Of a stretch of DNA of 56,686 nt, positions 31,016 through 40,001 are shown in pieces. Each line of letters starts with the position of its first letter. The first letter of the stretch is position 1. The DNA lies in IMG/VR virus record IMGVR_UViG_3300031578_000043, one strand, 5' to 3'. Both the position numbers and the translations under genes were made by a program. The notes below the pieces were generated by a model that was given only the letters and a program-made list of their open reading frames with translations, did not search any database and was not told where the DNA came from. The DNA comes from a virus.

Positions 31016-32867
31016 GAAAAAGAACGAAGCTCTGCCGGCGCAGCCGCGGTGGTTGGACCTGTTCCTTAACTTCATATCTGTGTTGTCGATCGACAGTAAA
31101 GAGACCGGGGTAAGCACGCTGAATTTGTACGGGTCTCAGAAACGGTATCTCGCTGAACTGATCGACGGGCTTGACCGCGATATTCACACCTTCGTATTCC
31201 TCAAGGCACGGCAGTTGGGTATTTCAACCGTTGCCCTGGCGGTGGATCTGTTCTGGCTCATCGCGCACCCTGGTATGCAGGGCGCGATTGTCACCGACAC
31301 CGATGGCAACCGCGACAAGTTCAGAATCATCTTGACCCGTATGCTCGCCTCACTTCCTGCTGGATACCGTGTCGATGTGAAGCTGCACAACCGGGCGAAC
31401 CTCGTTCTAGGAAACGGAAGCACGCTGGACTATCTCGTAGCGGGGACAAGAAAGACAGCAACCAAGGTAGGGATTTCTCGGGCGTACAACTTCCTTCACG
31501 CGACGGAAATATCAAACTTCGGCGCGATCGAGGGCATTCAATCGCTGTTCGCTACGCTCGCGCAGAAGCATCCAGACCGCCTTTATATGTTCGAGTCCAC
31601 GGCCCGCGGATTCAACCTGTTCTATACCCTCTGGCAGCAAGCCAGAAGCGATCCGATGACGCAGAAAGCCGCCTTCATCGGCTGGTGGGCGAACGAGCAA
31701 TATGCGCTTGATGAAAACTCCGAACTGTTCAAGCGGTATTGGGACGGAATGGTGGAGGTCGAAGAACAGGAACGCATCAACAACGTCTGGGCGAAGTACG
31801 GGGTCAGAATCACGCCTCAGCAGATCGCGTGGTATCGGTGGATGGAGGAGACTCAATCAGGCTCAACAGGTCTGATGGACCAGGATTATCCGTGGGACGA
31901 GGACGATGCCTTTCTTAAAACCGGGGTGACGTTTTTCCCGATCAAGAAAATGGTCTCGCTCATCAAAGGGATCACGTCGAGTCCAGTCCCGTTCCTGGGC
32001 TACGCCTACGAGTTTGGCGAAAACTTCATGGACACGAAAGTTCATTCCGTGGACGACGCCGACGAAGCGGAGTTGAAGGTCTATGAGGAACCGTCAGAGA
32101 TAGGCCAGTACGTCATCGGAGTTGACCCGGCATACGGCGACAGCGACAACGCTGATAACTCGGCTATCGAGGTCTATCGCTGCTATGCGGACAAGTTGGT
32201 TCAGGTCGCTGAGTTCGCTTCGGCAAACCCGATCAACGTACAGGTCGCGTGGGTGCTCGCGCACTTGGCCGGCCTCTACAAGAACGTGATGATGATTATT
32301 GAGTTGACCGGGCCGGGTGAGGCGACGGTTCTTGAATTGAAACACCTTCGCCAATTGTTCGATGCCGGTGCTTTGCCGATTCCCGGTGACGGCGGGATGG
32401 AGGACATATTCGGAAACGCCCGTTGGTTCATGTACCACAGGTCAGATTCTCCCGGCGCGGGTTACGTTTTCAACTGGAAAGCCAATCAGGACTCCACGAC
32501 GACGAACTACACCCAGGCGAAAGACTTGATCGTTCTCGATATGCTGGTAATCAATTCGATTCAGTGTGCTTTGGAGTTTCAGGGGATTGTGCAAGAGGGC
32601 GGGTCGTTCGAGCCTGCTGTGACGACCGGGAAGAAAGACAGGGTATCAGCGACGACCTATGCTGTACGGGCATGGGGGGATTGGTGCCGCCCGTCTATGA
32701 TTGCCAACAAAGAAACATTCGAGAATGAAATGCAGCGCGAAAGGGCGCTAGAAGCGCAGAGAGAAGCTGGCGGGCAAGCTACTATGGTGAGCCACGTCAT
32801 CGCGGATTTTTTTGACAAAAAGGAGCAACAAAGAGAGGACGACGAAATAGATAGGATGTGGGAGTGA
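31005..32867 (+). CDS. terL: Terminase large subunit
   Basis: ATPase region FLKARQLGISTV (Walker A-like) ... LHATE ... FESTA. C-terminal nuclease block IGVDPAYGDSDNADNSAIEVY. 620 aa, upstream of the portal gene. Confidence 0.85.
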   Translation: MARKKKNEALPAQPRWLDLFLNFISVLSIDSKETGVSTLNLYGSQKRYLAELIDGLDRDIHTFVFLKARQLGISTVALAVDLFWLIAHPGMQGAIVTDTDGNRDKFRIILTRMLASLPAGYRVDVKLHNRANLVLGNGSTLDYLVAGTRKTATKVGISRAYNFLHATEISNFGAIEGIQSLFATLAQKHPDRLYMFESTARGFNLFYTLWQQARSDPMTQKAAFIGWWANEQYALDENSELFKRYWDGMVEVEEQERINNVWAKYGVRITPQQIAWYRWMEETQSGSTGLMDQDYPWDEDDAFLKTGVTFFPIKKMVSLIKGITSSPVPFLGYAYEFGENFMDTKVHSVDDADEAELKVYEEPSEIGQYVIGVDPAYGDSDNADNSAIEVYRCYADKLVQVAEFASANPINVQVAWVLAHLAGLYKNVMMIIELTGPGEATVLELKHLRQLFDAGALPIPGDGGMEDIFGNARWFMYHRSDSPGAGYVFNWKANQDSTTTNYTQAKDLIVLDMLVINSIQCALEFQGIVQEGGSFEPAVTTGKKDRVSATTYAVRAWGDWCRPSMIANKETFENEMQRERALEAQREAGGQATMVSHVIADFFDKKEQQREDDEIDRMWE

Positions 32868-32962
32868 TATACTGAAATTGTCGGGACAGGGCCGCGCAGC
32901 CTTTTTGATGCCAACACATCGAATTACCGACCACAATCAAATTACCTTGTTGGAGGTATCGA

Positions 32963-33613
32963 ATGAAAACTTGCAGGAATTGCGGAACGCTGTTTGAAAC
33001 GCGATGCAAAAAATGCTTTAACGCATACCAAAGAAAATGGAGCAAATATAAAGCGCTCGGCCTTAAGGTTCCTAAAAAGAACAGGCCAGTAAAAGAGGTT
33101 TGCAATAAATGTGGAGGAACGGATTTATATACGGATGGGCATTGTCGCGCTTGTAAATTTGAATACAGGAAAAAATGGTATGTAACCAATAGAGAAAAGC
33201 AAATCGACAAGGCCAGAAAAAATCGTAGTGACAACAAGGAGAAAGTAAGGGAAAGCAAAAGACTATATTATGCCGAAAACAGAGAAGCACGAATGGCCTA
33301 TCACAAAAAATGGTTGTCGGAGAACCCTGAGAGAAATCGTATATATCTATTAAACAGGAGGGCCAGAAAGAAAAGTAGCGGAGGAAAGTTGTCCCCTGGA
33401 TTGGCGGAAAGGCTCTTGGCGCTTCAAAAATGCAAGTGCGCGGTATGCAGAAAGTCTCTAAAAGACGGATATCATTTGGATCACATGATGCCGCTAGGTT
33501 TACAAGGCAGGAACGAAGACAGGAACATGCAATTGCTTTGTCCTCACTGCAATCAAAGCAAGCACGACAAGCATCCGATTGATTTCATGCAATCGAGGGG
33601 ATTTTTACTATGA
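32963..33613 (+). CDS. HNH homing-endonuclease-like protein between terL and portal
   Basis: CRNCG...CKKC, CNKCGG...CRAC, basic repeats, and C-terminal GYHLDHMMPLGLQGRNEDRNMQLLCPHCNQSKHDKHPIDFMQSRGFLL. Low-GC ORF. Confidence 0.8.
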   Translation: MKTCRNCGTLFETRCKKCFNAYQRKWSKYKALGLKVPKKNRPVKEVCNKCGGTDLYTDGHCRACKFEYRKKWYVTNREKQIDKARKNRSDNKEKVRESKRLYYAENREARMAYHKKWLSENPERNRIYLLNRRARKKSSGGKLSPGLAERLLALQKCKCAVCRKSLKDGYHLDHMMPLGLQGRNEDRNMQLLCPHCNQSKHDKHPIDFMQSRGFLL

Positions 33614-34230
33614 GCTTGTACGAAGACTTGGGCGTTCACAAGGACGCTCCGAAAGCAGAAATAAAGAAAGCCTACCGCAAGAAGGCGATGAAGCTGCATC
33701 CTGATCGAAAGGGTGGAGACCCGGAGAAGTTTCACGCCATTCAGAGAGCTTACGATGTTCTCAACGACGACGCGCGCAGAGCCCACTACGATGCGACTGG
33801 CGAGGAGGGTAAGGCAGATAAGCAGGGCGCTTTGATTCAGCGGCTTGCGGCCTTGTTTATGCACTTCGTCGAGACTGCGGACGTAGATCATGCCGACATT
33901 ATCGTGCTGATGCGACAGGCGTTGCTTGATGGAAAGAACAAGACTCTCATTGCGTTACAGCAGCAGCACAAGAAAATCGAGCGGTACGAGCGAACGAAAA
34001 AGCGGCTCAAGAAAAAAGGCGACGGTGAAAACCTGTTGGCGCAATTGATTGACGGACAGATCAGCATTGTCCAAAGAGGCATCGAACTCGGCAAATCCGA
34101 AATCGGCGTGGTCGAGGAATTGATTAAGATGGTGGACGGGTATTCGTATGCGGCCGACGCCGGAAGTCAGTACGCGACCATGCAGGGGCTTGCTGGAATA
34201 GCGTTTGGCCCCGGAGTGTGGCAGCGATGA
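33610..34230 (+). CDS. J-domain (DnaJ-like) protein
   Basis: SLYEDLGVHKDAPKAEIKKAYRKKAMKLHPDRKGGDPEKFHAIQRAYDVLNDDARRAHYD contains the HPD motif. No DnaJ Zn-finger or C-terminal domains. Confidence 0.8.
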   Translation: MSLYEDLGVHKDAPKAEIKKAYRKKAMKLHPDRKGGDPEKFHAIQRAYDVLNDDARRAHYDATGEEGKADKQGALIQRLAALFMHFVETADVDHADIIVLMRQALLDGKNKTLIALQQQHKKIERYERTKKRLKKKGDGENLLAQLIDGQISIVQRGIELGKSEIGVVEELIKMVDGYSYAADAGSQYATMQGLAGIAFGPGVWQR

Positions 34231-35150
34231 TCGGCGCCGTCTGCCCGCTGTGCCATGAACTGACCGGAGACGTTCTTGCAAGCACGCTGCGCCGTGGCGT
34301 CGGAACGGTTTTTCATTGCTCGAAGTGTGACCTTGGGTTTCTGGTTGGGGCGATGCGAGAAGGCTATTACCATCGTGAGTACCGCGATACGGTCAATCAC
34401 AAGGCCGAAGGGGGCGAGACGACACCGCGGGAGATATTCGATGTGTATTCGAGATATCAGGGCGGGCGTTTGGCATTTGTTCGACCGAAAATGGAATTCG
34501 GCGGTTCAATCCTTGAGATCGGCGCGAGCGCAGGGCAGTTCATTACCGGGTTCGGCCAGTGTCGCCGCTGCGCTATAGAGCCTGACCCGCGTTGCTGCGC
34601 CTTCATGCAGGCAGCGGGAATCGAGACCGATGCAAACTATCTGAAGAACTCACGATTCTACAACGAAAAGTTTGATGTTGTCTGTGCGTTCCAAGTGCTT
34701 GAGCATGTCGATGAGCCAAGATCGTTCCTCTCGGAAGTGAAGCATGTCCTGAAACCCGGTGGCACGGCGTTCATCGAAGTACCGAACCTATATGATCCGT
34801 TGCGATCGGTGTGGGGCATTCCCGAGTACGAGAAATTTTACTTTCACGCGGACCACCTATTCTATTTCTCTTGGAAGTCGCTGGTGAAGTACGCAGTGAA
34901 GGCCGGATTCACAAAGCCGCAAGTATTCTTCACGCAGGACTATTCGTTGCTCAATCACATCCACTGGCTCATGAACAAAGGCCCGCAAGCCGACTGTCAC
35001 GTTGGCCTAGGGCCGGTGAAGTTCGAAGGCAAGGACTCGGGCATGGCGGCGTGGCTGTCGCATAAGATGTCCGCGTTGAACGAGGAATACATTTCCATGC
35101 TGGAATCGACTGGCGAGACTTCGAATTTAACTCTCGTCTTGACCAATTAG
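34218..35150 (+). CDS. Class I SAM-dependent methyltransferase with N-terminal zinc ribbon
   Basis: CPLC...CSKC. Motif I ILEIGASAGQF. Post-I/II DVVCAFQVLEHVDEPRSFLSEVKHVLKPGGTAFIEVPN. Confidence 0.75.
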   Translation: MAAMIGAVCPLCHELTGDVLASTLRRGVGTVFHCSKCDLGFLVGAMREGYYHREYRDTVNHKAEGGETTPREIFDVYSRYQGGRLAFVRPKMEFGGSILEIGASAGQFITGFGQCRRCAIEPDPRCCAFMQAAGIETDANYLKNSRFYNEKFDVVCAFQVLEHVDEPRSFLSEVKHVLKPGGTAFIEVPNLYDPLRSVWGIPEYEKFYFHADHLFYFSWKSLVKYAVKAGFTKPQVFFTQDYSLLNHIHWLMNKGPQADCHVGLGPVKFEGKDSGMAAWLSHKMSALNEEYISMLESTGETSNLTLVLTN

Positions 35151-35190
35151 CCCAAAAAGGCTATGTTAGGGTGTCAAAAAAGGGCGTTTT

Positions 35191-35634
35191 ATGGCGATAG
35201 TGCGCACGTATCAATGTGGCGATTGTGGCTGCAAATTCGACCATTTTCATGCTACCCGAGACGAACCGCCTCCAGAATGTCCGGGTTGCAAGGCTCTCGA
35301 ATCCCAAAAAGTCCCCTCAGGATTCACCATCGGCGGCGGCGCAGCGTCAAGGGCGGGAGATATTGCCCAGGACATAATCGAGAAAGACTTCGGCATGACG
35401 AACATGAAAGATCGTCTGCGCGAAGGCGATGTTGCGACGATTACCCCGCCTCATCTTCGGCCGGCCGTCGAGAATATGTGGAAAGCCGGCGGCGATGTGA
35501 TTGCCGCGGCGAAATTAGGAGCCAAGGCAGCGGCGGCTGAGGGAAGAAACCCGCTAGGACTGATGCAGCGGGCCTCGAAAGAACGAAACGGCGCCTCGCA
35601 CCGCGTTCCGATAAGCATCGTTGACCAGAAATGA
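35191..35634 (+). CDS. FmdB-type zinc-ribbon protein
   Basis: N-terminal YQCGDCGCKFDHF...PPECPGCK. ATGA-coupled to the portal gene. Confidence 0.55.
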   Translation: MAIVRTYQCGDCGCKFDHFHATRDEPPPECPGCKALESQKVPSGFTIGGGAASRAGDIAQDIIEKDFGMTNMKDRLREGDVATITPPHLRPAVENMWKAGGDVIAAAKLGAKAAAAEGRNPLGLMQRASKERNGASHRVPISIVDQK

Positions 35635-37298
35635 AAATCCCAAACTCGGCCTCATCGCTTTTGACGTTCGCGCGAGAACAGGTCGAGATTTGCACGCACT
35701 CTCAGGCTCAGCGAGCGCAGGACGCGGCGATTTATCTAGCCTATTACGAGAACGGCGCGGGAGGCGATAAATCTTCCCTCTACAACCGGACAGGGGTGCA
35801 TATCGACCGCACTGCGAGCTACCTTTACGCTCCGGGTGAAGTCAGGTATTCGATCGCCTACGATGCGACAGACGGGGAACCGTGGCTTGCAAGGGCTTTG
35901 GTGGCAGCTAAGTACCTATCGAGGGAGTATCGCAGGGCGGACGCCGATGTGACGTTCTCTCAAGGCGTGGATACCTCCCTCATCAAAGGCTGTAGCCTCC
36001 TCAAGCACAACTGGAACGACCAGACAAGTCTGTATCCGGGCTTCAATCCCGAACTCGTCCATCCAGAGTTTTTCGGCGTCGAACGCGAGGATCTTCAACG
36101 GCTAGATCAGCAGCAAGTTTTTTGCCACACGATGTACCTCTCGAAAGACCAGATCAGCCAGATCATCGAAAATCGCGCCGATGAGGAGGAGATAAAGAAA
36201 AAACTCAAGAGCCTCGGCGGTGGGTCGGATGGGCAACTTCGGCAGAACTGGCTTCATCAAGTGGTAATAGGCGGGGTTCAGCCCGTCACCGACACAACGC
36301 CGCAAGGGTCAATGGGTCAAGTCTCAATGTCCCCTTCTTCGAGGACGGACTTCGCGCCTGAGATGATGGCTGACCTTCTCCGAATGGATGAGCTTTGGGT
36401 CGTCGATAGCGCGAGGGACGACTACACCACGATTCAACTCGTCGAGGGCGAAGTCATCCTCGAAGGAAAATACCGCCACGTAAACCTGACCGGCGTAAAA
36501 GGTCTGCATCCGTTCTCGAAAATATGCCCTGATCCGGTATCCGGTTACTTCTGGGGGAGATCGGAAGTCGGGCGAGTCATGTTGCTCCAGGACTTGCTGA
36601 CTGCCGCGATAGAAGATATTCAAAAACTGATGAAGCTAAGGGTCAAGCCTCCGAAAGCATTCATCGGTTTTGGCTCGATCACGAATCAGAAACGCCGCGC
36701 GATGACTGCGCCGGGTGGTTACATCGTCGAGAACAACCCAGGCGCAAAGATCGAAGACCTCGCGCCCACCATACCGCCGGAACTGTTCGGTGAAGTTCAA
36801 GAAATCTCCTCGATGTTCGATGAAGTGGGGGGCTTTAAGCCGATTCTGCAAGGGCAGGGCGAGTCCGGCGTGCGTGCGAATGCTCACGCCAAGACCCTCA
36901 TGCGGACGGCCAGCCCTAAGTTACGCGAGCGTGCGCTTCGTGTCGAGAGAGACGCGGAGACCTCGGCACACATTTCCTTCCAACTCATGCAGCACAAGAG
37001 CGAGCGGGTATTCAAGAACGCCGAAGGTGAAGAATTCCGCCTCATGCAAATGCCAGAGGACATGTACGTGGAAGTGGATTCCCATTCCTCAAGCCCCGCG
37101 TTCGTCGATGACGCAAGGGAACTCGGTGTGACGCTCAAAAAGCTCGGCTCAATCGACGACTCCGATTTCATTCGCATGATGCACCCGCCGAACGAAGATG
37201 CCTTGATTGCCGCCGTGGACAAGAGGCAGAAGGCGCGAGCCGAAATGATAAAGCAGCACCCCGAGTTGCTGGAGAAAGGCGGGGCGAAGAAAAAATAA
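35631..37298 (+). CDS. Portal protein (by size and position)
   Basis: 555 aa, between the terminase block and the scaffold/capsid genes. Confidence 0.6.
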   Translation: MKIPNSASSLLTFAREQVEICTHSQAQRAQDAAIYLAYYENGAGGDKSSLYNRTGVHIDRTASYLYAPGEVRYSIAYDATDGEPWLARALVAAKYLSREYRRADADVTFSQGVDTSLIKGCSLLKHNWNDQTSLYPGFNPELVHPEFFGVEREDLQRLDQQQVFCHTMYLSKDQISQIIENRADEEEIKKKLKSLGGGSDGQLRQNWLHQVVIGGVQPVTDTTPQGSMGQVSMSPSSRTDFAPEMMADLLRMDELWVVDSARDDYTTIQLVEGEVILEGKYRHVNLTGVKGLHPFSKICPDPVSGYFWGRSEVGRVMLLQDLLTAAIEDIQKLMKLRVKPPKAFIGFGSITNQKRRAMTAPGGYIVENNPGAKIEDLAPTIPPELFGEVQEISSMFDEVGGFKPILQGQGESGVRANAHAKTLMRTASPKLRERALRVERDAETSAHISFQLMQHKSERVFKNAEGEEFRLMQMPEDMYVEVDSHSSSPAFVDDARELGVTLKKLGSIDDSDFIRMMHPPNEDALIAAVDKRQKARAEMIKQHPELLEKGGAKKK

Positions 37299-37354
37299 CC
37301 ACAAGAAAGGCTGCGCGCGGGCTCCTCCTCCCCCTGCGACGTTCAGCCGGTTCG

Positions 37355-37383
37355 GGCCGACCTTAATCAGTCGGCCTTTTTTT
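37355..37383 (+). terminator. Rho-independent terminator after the portal gene
   Basis: GGCCGAC-cttaatca-GTCGGCC followed by T7. The loop contains the stop codon of the antisense RHH gene. Confidence 0.75.
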
Positions 37384-37512
37384 CGCCTGCTTTTTCAGGT
37401 AATCCTCTATGGAGCGTCGTATCAGGTCGGACACCTTTAGGCCGGTTTTTTGGGAGAGCGATTTCAGTGCTGAAATCATTTGAGGCGGCATAAAGAAATT
37501 GAACTGATCCAT
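37363..37512 (-). CDS. Ribbon-helix-helix (CopG/Arc-like) protein, antisense to the structural operon (below track cutoff)
   Basis: Hand-translated MDQFNFFMPPQMISALKSLSQKTGLKVSDLIRRSIEDYLKKQAKKRPTD, the typical RHH beta-strand plus two-helix pattern. Confidence 0.55.
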   Translation of the reverse strand: MDQFNFFMPPQMISALKSLSQKTGLKVSDLIRRSIEDYLKKQAKKRPTD

Positions 37513-37584
37513 GCGAAAAGTATAGCAATTTCACTCTGCGTTTGTCTATATAAGCAATATAAAGTAGTAAAATCAATAACTTGC

Positions 37585-37613
37585 TTGACTTTTTGAAACG
37601 GCAGGAATACGAT
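37585..37613 (+). promoter_or_regulatory. Candidate promoter for head/tail genes
   Basis: TTGACT-N17-TACGAT in an AT-rich intergenic region. Confidence 0.4.
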
Positions 37614-37730
37614 TGCGCTTGAAATAACGGTTTGGCTGCACCGTACAAATGTGGCCCCAACGCAATAAGGAGCCATCATGGCCCGCAAAGCACGCAAAGC
37701 CAAACGCAGTCACAAGCGCAAGTAATCATC

Positions 37731-38156
37731 ATGCCGGATATGCCAACAGGTATGCCGATGCCAGGGGCTCCCGCTCCGGGTGCTGGCATTGTCCCTCGTC
37801 CGATGGGACCGCCTGCGGCTTCACCCGGCATCATGACCCCAACCCCAGCGGCAGCGCCGAGTGCCAACCTTGGCGCTCAGGCGCACGCCGCCGGCCAAAT
37901 GAAGCAGGCATTGCACATGGTTGAAATGGCATTGCCGAATCTTCCGCTCGATTCTCCGTTGCACAAAGTCGCAACGTCGTTCATCACCGGAACCGCGAAG
38001 CATCTTGGAAGCGCAGGCGGGGGAGATCAAGGAATTCAAGCGTCGATGTTGAGAGACCTCGCGCTGAAAGCGCAGCAATCTGCGCCCCCACTCAGACCCG
38101 CCGGTCCTCCCGGCGCACCACCCGGCGCACCAGCGCCATCACCAGCAGGAGCCTGA
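37731..38156 (+). CDS. Hypothetical Pro/Ala-rich head-module protein
   Basis: 141 aa from ATG 37731. Pro-rich N- and C-termini flank a helical core. Confidence 0.5.
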   Translation: MPDMPTGMPMPGAPAPGAGIVPRPMGPPAASPGIMTPTPAAAPSANLGAQAHAAGQMKQALHMVEMALPNLPLDSPLHKVATSFITGTAKHLGSAGGGDQGIQASMLRDLALKAQQSAPPLRPAGPPGAPPGAPAPSPAGA

Positions 38157-38157
38157 A

Positions 38158-38352
38158 ATGTTCAAAAAACAAGACACCGCCTTTCCGACGACTCAGTACA
38201 ACAGCCTGATCGAGAACGATCCGATGATCGTCAAGGTTCCGATGGACAACGTGGACTTCGGTTCGCGCAAAGGCACGATGGCGAAAGTCAGAAACCCGGC
38301 AAGCGGCGGAAACGGTCGCCTCGGCATTCGTCACGTCGAAAGCAAGAAGTAG
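38158..38352 (+). CDS. Hypothetical protein
   Basis: 64 aa. Confidence 0.45.
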   Translation: MFKKQDTAFPTTQYNSLIENDPMIVKVPMDNVDFGSRKGTMAKVRNPASGGNGRLGIRHVESKK

Positions 38353-38358
38353 ATCGCC

Positions 38359-38937
38359 ATGGCCGAGATCAACGATTTCGAGCTTGCCGAACTACGCAAG
38401 CTGCAAGCGTTCCACAAGTCGCTGTATGACGACGCGGCTGTGGGAATGGACTTCCGCAAACTGATCCGCCGGAAATACCCGCAGGCTTCAATCCCCGAAC
38501 TCGACGCGCTGGCGAAGGCCGAAGAAACCGGCAGCGCCATCGAAAAGAAATTCGAGGAACTGTCCAAAGGGGCGACGGAGAAGATCGACAAATTCCTGAC
38601 CGACCGGCAAAAGGAACAGGACGACGCCGCTGTTGCCGCTTACCAAGAGCGGTTCGACAAGATGGTGAAAGCCCGTGGATACACCGAAGACGGACAGAAG
38701 AAACTCATCGAACTGATGAAAGCCAAGGGCATTCGGGAACCCGAAGACGCGGCGATCATTTTCGAGACGATGCAGCCGAAAATCAAACCGGCGGCGAAAC
38801 AATTTTCCTCGCGCATGGCGTTCGTCTCGCCTGACGGGAAAGATGACGAGTCGTTTAAAGATTTGATGCGCGATCCTGACCAATGGATGGGCGATCAACT
38901 GATGACGGCCATTGCGGAAAACCACGAAGAAGAATAA
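38359..38937 (+). CDS. Putative scaffolding protein
   Basis: 192 aa, highly charged and helical, immediately upstream of the major capsid gene. Confidence 0.55.
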   Translation: MAEINDFELAELRKLQAFHKSLYDDAAVGMDFRKLIRRKYPQASIPELDALAKAEETGSAIEKKFEELSKGATEKIDKFLTDRQKEQDDAAVAAYQERFDKMVKARGYTEDGQKKLIELMKAKGIREPEDAAIIFETMQPKIKPAAKQFSSRMAFVSPDGKDDESFKDLMRDPDQWMGDQLMTAIAENHEEE

Positions 38938-38948
38938 AGGAGTAAATC

Positions 38949-39968
38949 ATGCCAGTTTTGAACACGGGTTTAGTCCCCGGCGGAAGTGTCGGTGCCGAGC
39001 TAACCGCCGCAACACGCAGAGCAGTCGTCCCGGCCCTGTTCGTCCAGATCTACAAAGCCACTCCGATGCTGAACCTGCTTTTTGGCACAGCCCAAAGAGC
39101 GAAAGGCGGCATGTCCCAAGTCACCGTTCCGGTGCAGGGATCGTCGTTCGTGAACTTCGCATGGACGGACTACTCGGGCGGCTTCCCTCAACCAGCGGTG
39201 CAGCCTGGAATGCAGAACGCGGAATTCAACCTCTGCGTTGGCGTGGTTCCGATCTCCTTTATGGGGATGGAAGCCCTGATTCAATCCTCGGAAGCCATCG
39301 TACCGCTGATGCGGGCTAGAATGGCCGATGCGAAGACTGTCGCTGTCCAGGCCATGTCCACAGCGCTTTTCACCAACTCCTCGAACCTGCCGAACGCTTC
39401 TCAGATCATCAATGGTCTGCCGCAGGCTTTCGATGACGGGACCAACGTCAACAGTTACGGCGGAATTTCCAGGACTGCCAGCCCGTTCTGGAAGTCAACG
39501 CTGGTTACCGCAGCCGGCGCAGTCAATACCCGTTCCGCGATGCTCTCCTACCTCGTCCAAACTACTGCCCTGAACGGCGGCGAAGCTCCTGACTTCTGCG
39601 TGATGAGCCCTTCGGACTGGACGACTCTGATGCAGGACTTCCTGACGCTGGAACGGTTCAACACCACCCCGGCCTCGAAGTACGGCAAGGACGAATCGGT
39701 GAACGCCGGCTTCCGTGGTCTGATGCTCGGTGACACCCCGTTCTTCATGGACCCGTTCTGCCCGAAAGGGACGGCGTACATGCTGAACACGAAGTATTTC
39801 GCCGCCTACGTCTCGGAAGACGCTCCGTTCGCCTTCTCTGGGTTCTACTCGGCAATCCCGAATCTGCAAATCGCAAATGTGGGGGTCGTGATCATAGCTA
39901 TGCAAACGGTCTGTGCCAAGCCCGTTAGTGGGATGCAAATTTCTGGAATAACAGGCGGCGCGTTCTAG
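38949..39968 (+). CDS. Major capsid protein
   Basis: 339 aa following the scaffold candidate. Size and position are typical of podovirus-type HK97-fold capsid proteins. Confidence 0.7.
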   Translation: MPVLNTGLVPGGSVGAELTAATRRAVVPALFVQIYKATPMLNLLFGTAQRAKGGMSQVTVPVQGSSFVNFAWTDYSGGFPQPAVQPGMQNAEFNLCVGVVPISFMGMEALIQSSEAIVPLMRARMADAKTVAVQAMSTALFTNSSNLPNASQIINGLPQAFDDGTNVNSYGGISRTASPFWKSTLVTAAGAVNTRSAMLSYLVQTTALNGGEAPDFCVMSPSDWTTLMQDFLTLERFNTTPASKYGKDESVNAGFRGLMLGDTPFFMDPFCPKGTAYMLNTKYFAAYVSEDAPFAFSGFYSAIPNLQIANVGVVIIAMQTVCAKPVSGMQISGITGGAF

Positions 39969-40001
39969 GCCAACAACGACAAAAAGCAAGGAGAAAGAAT
40001 C

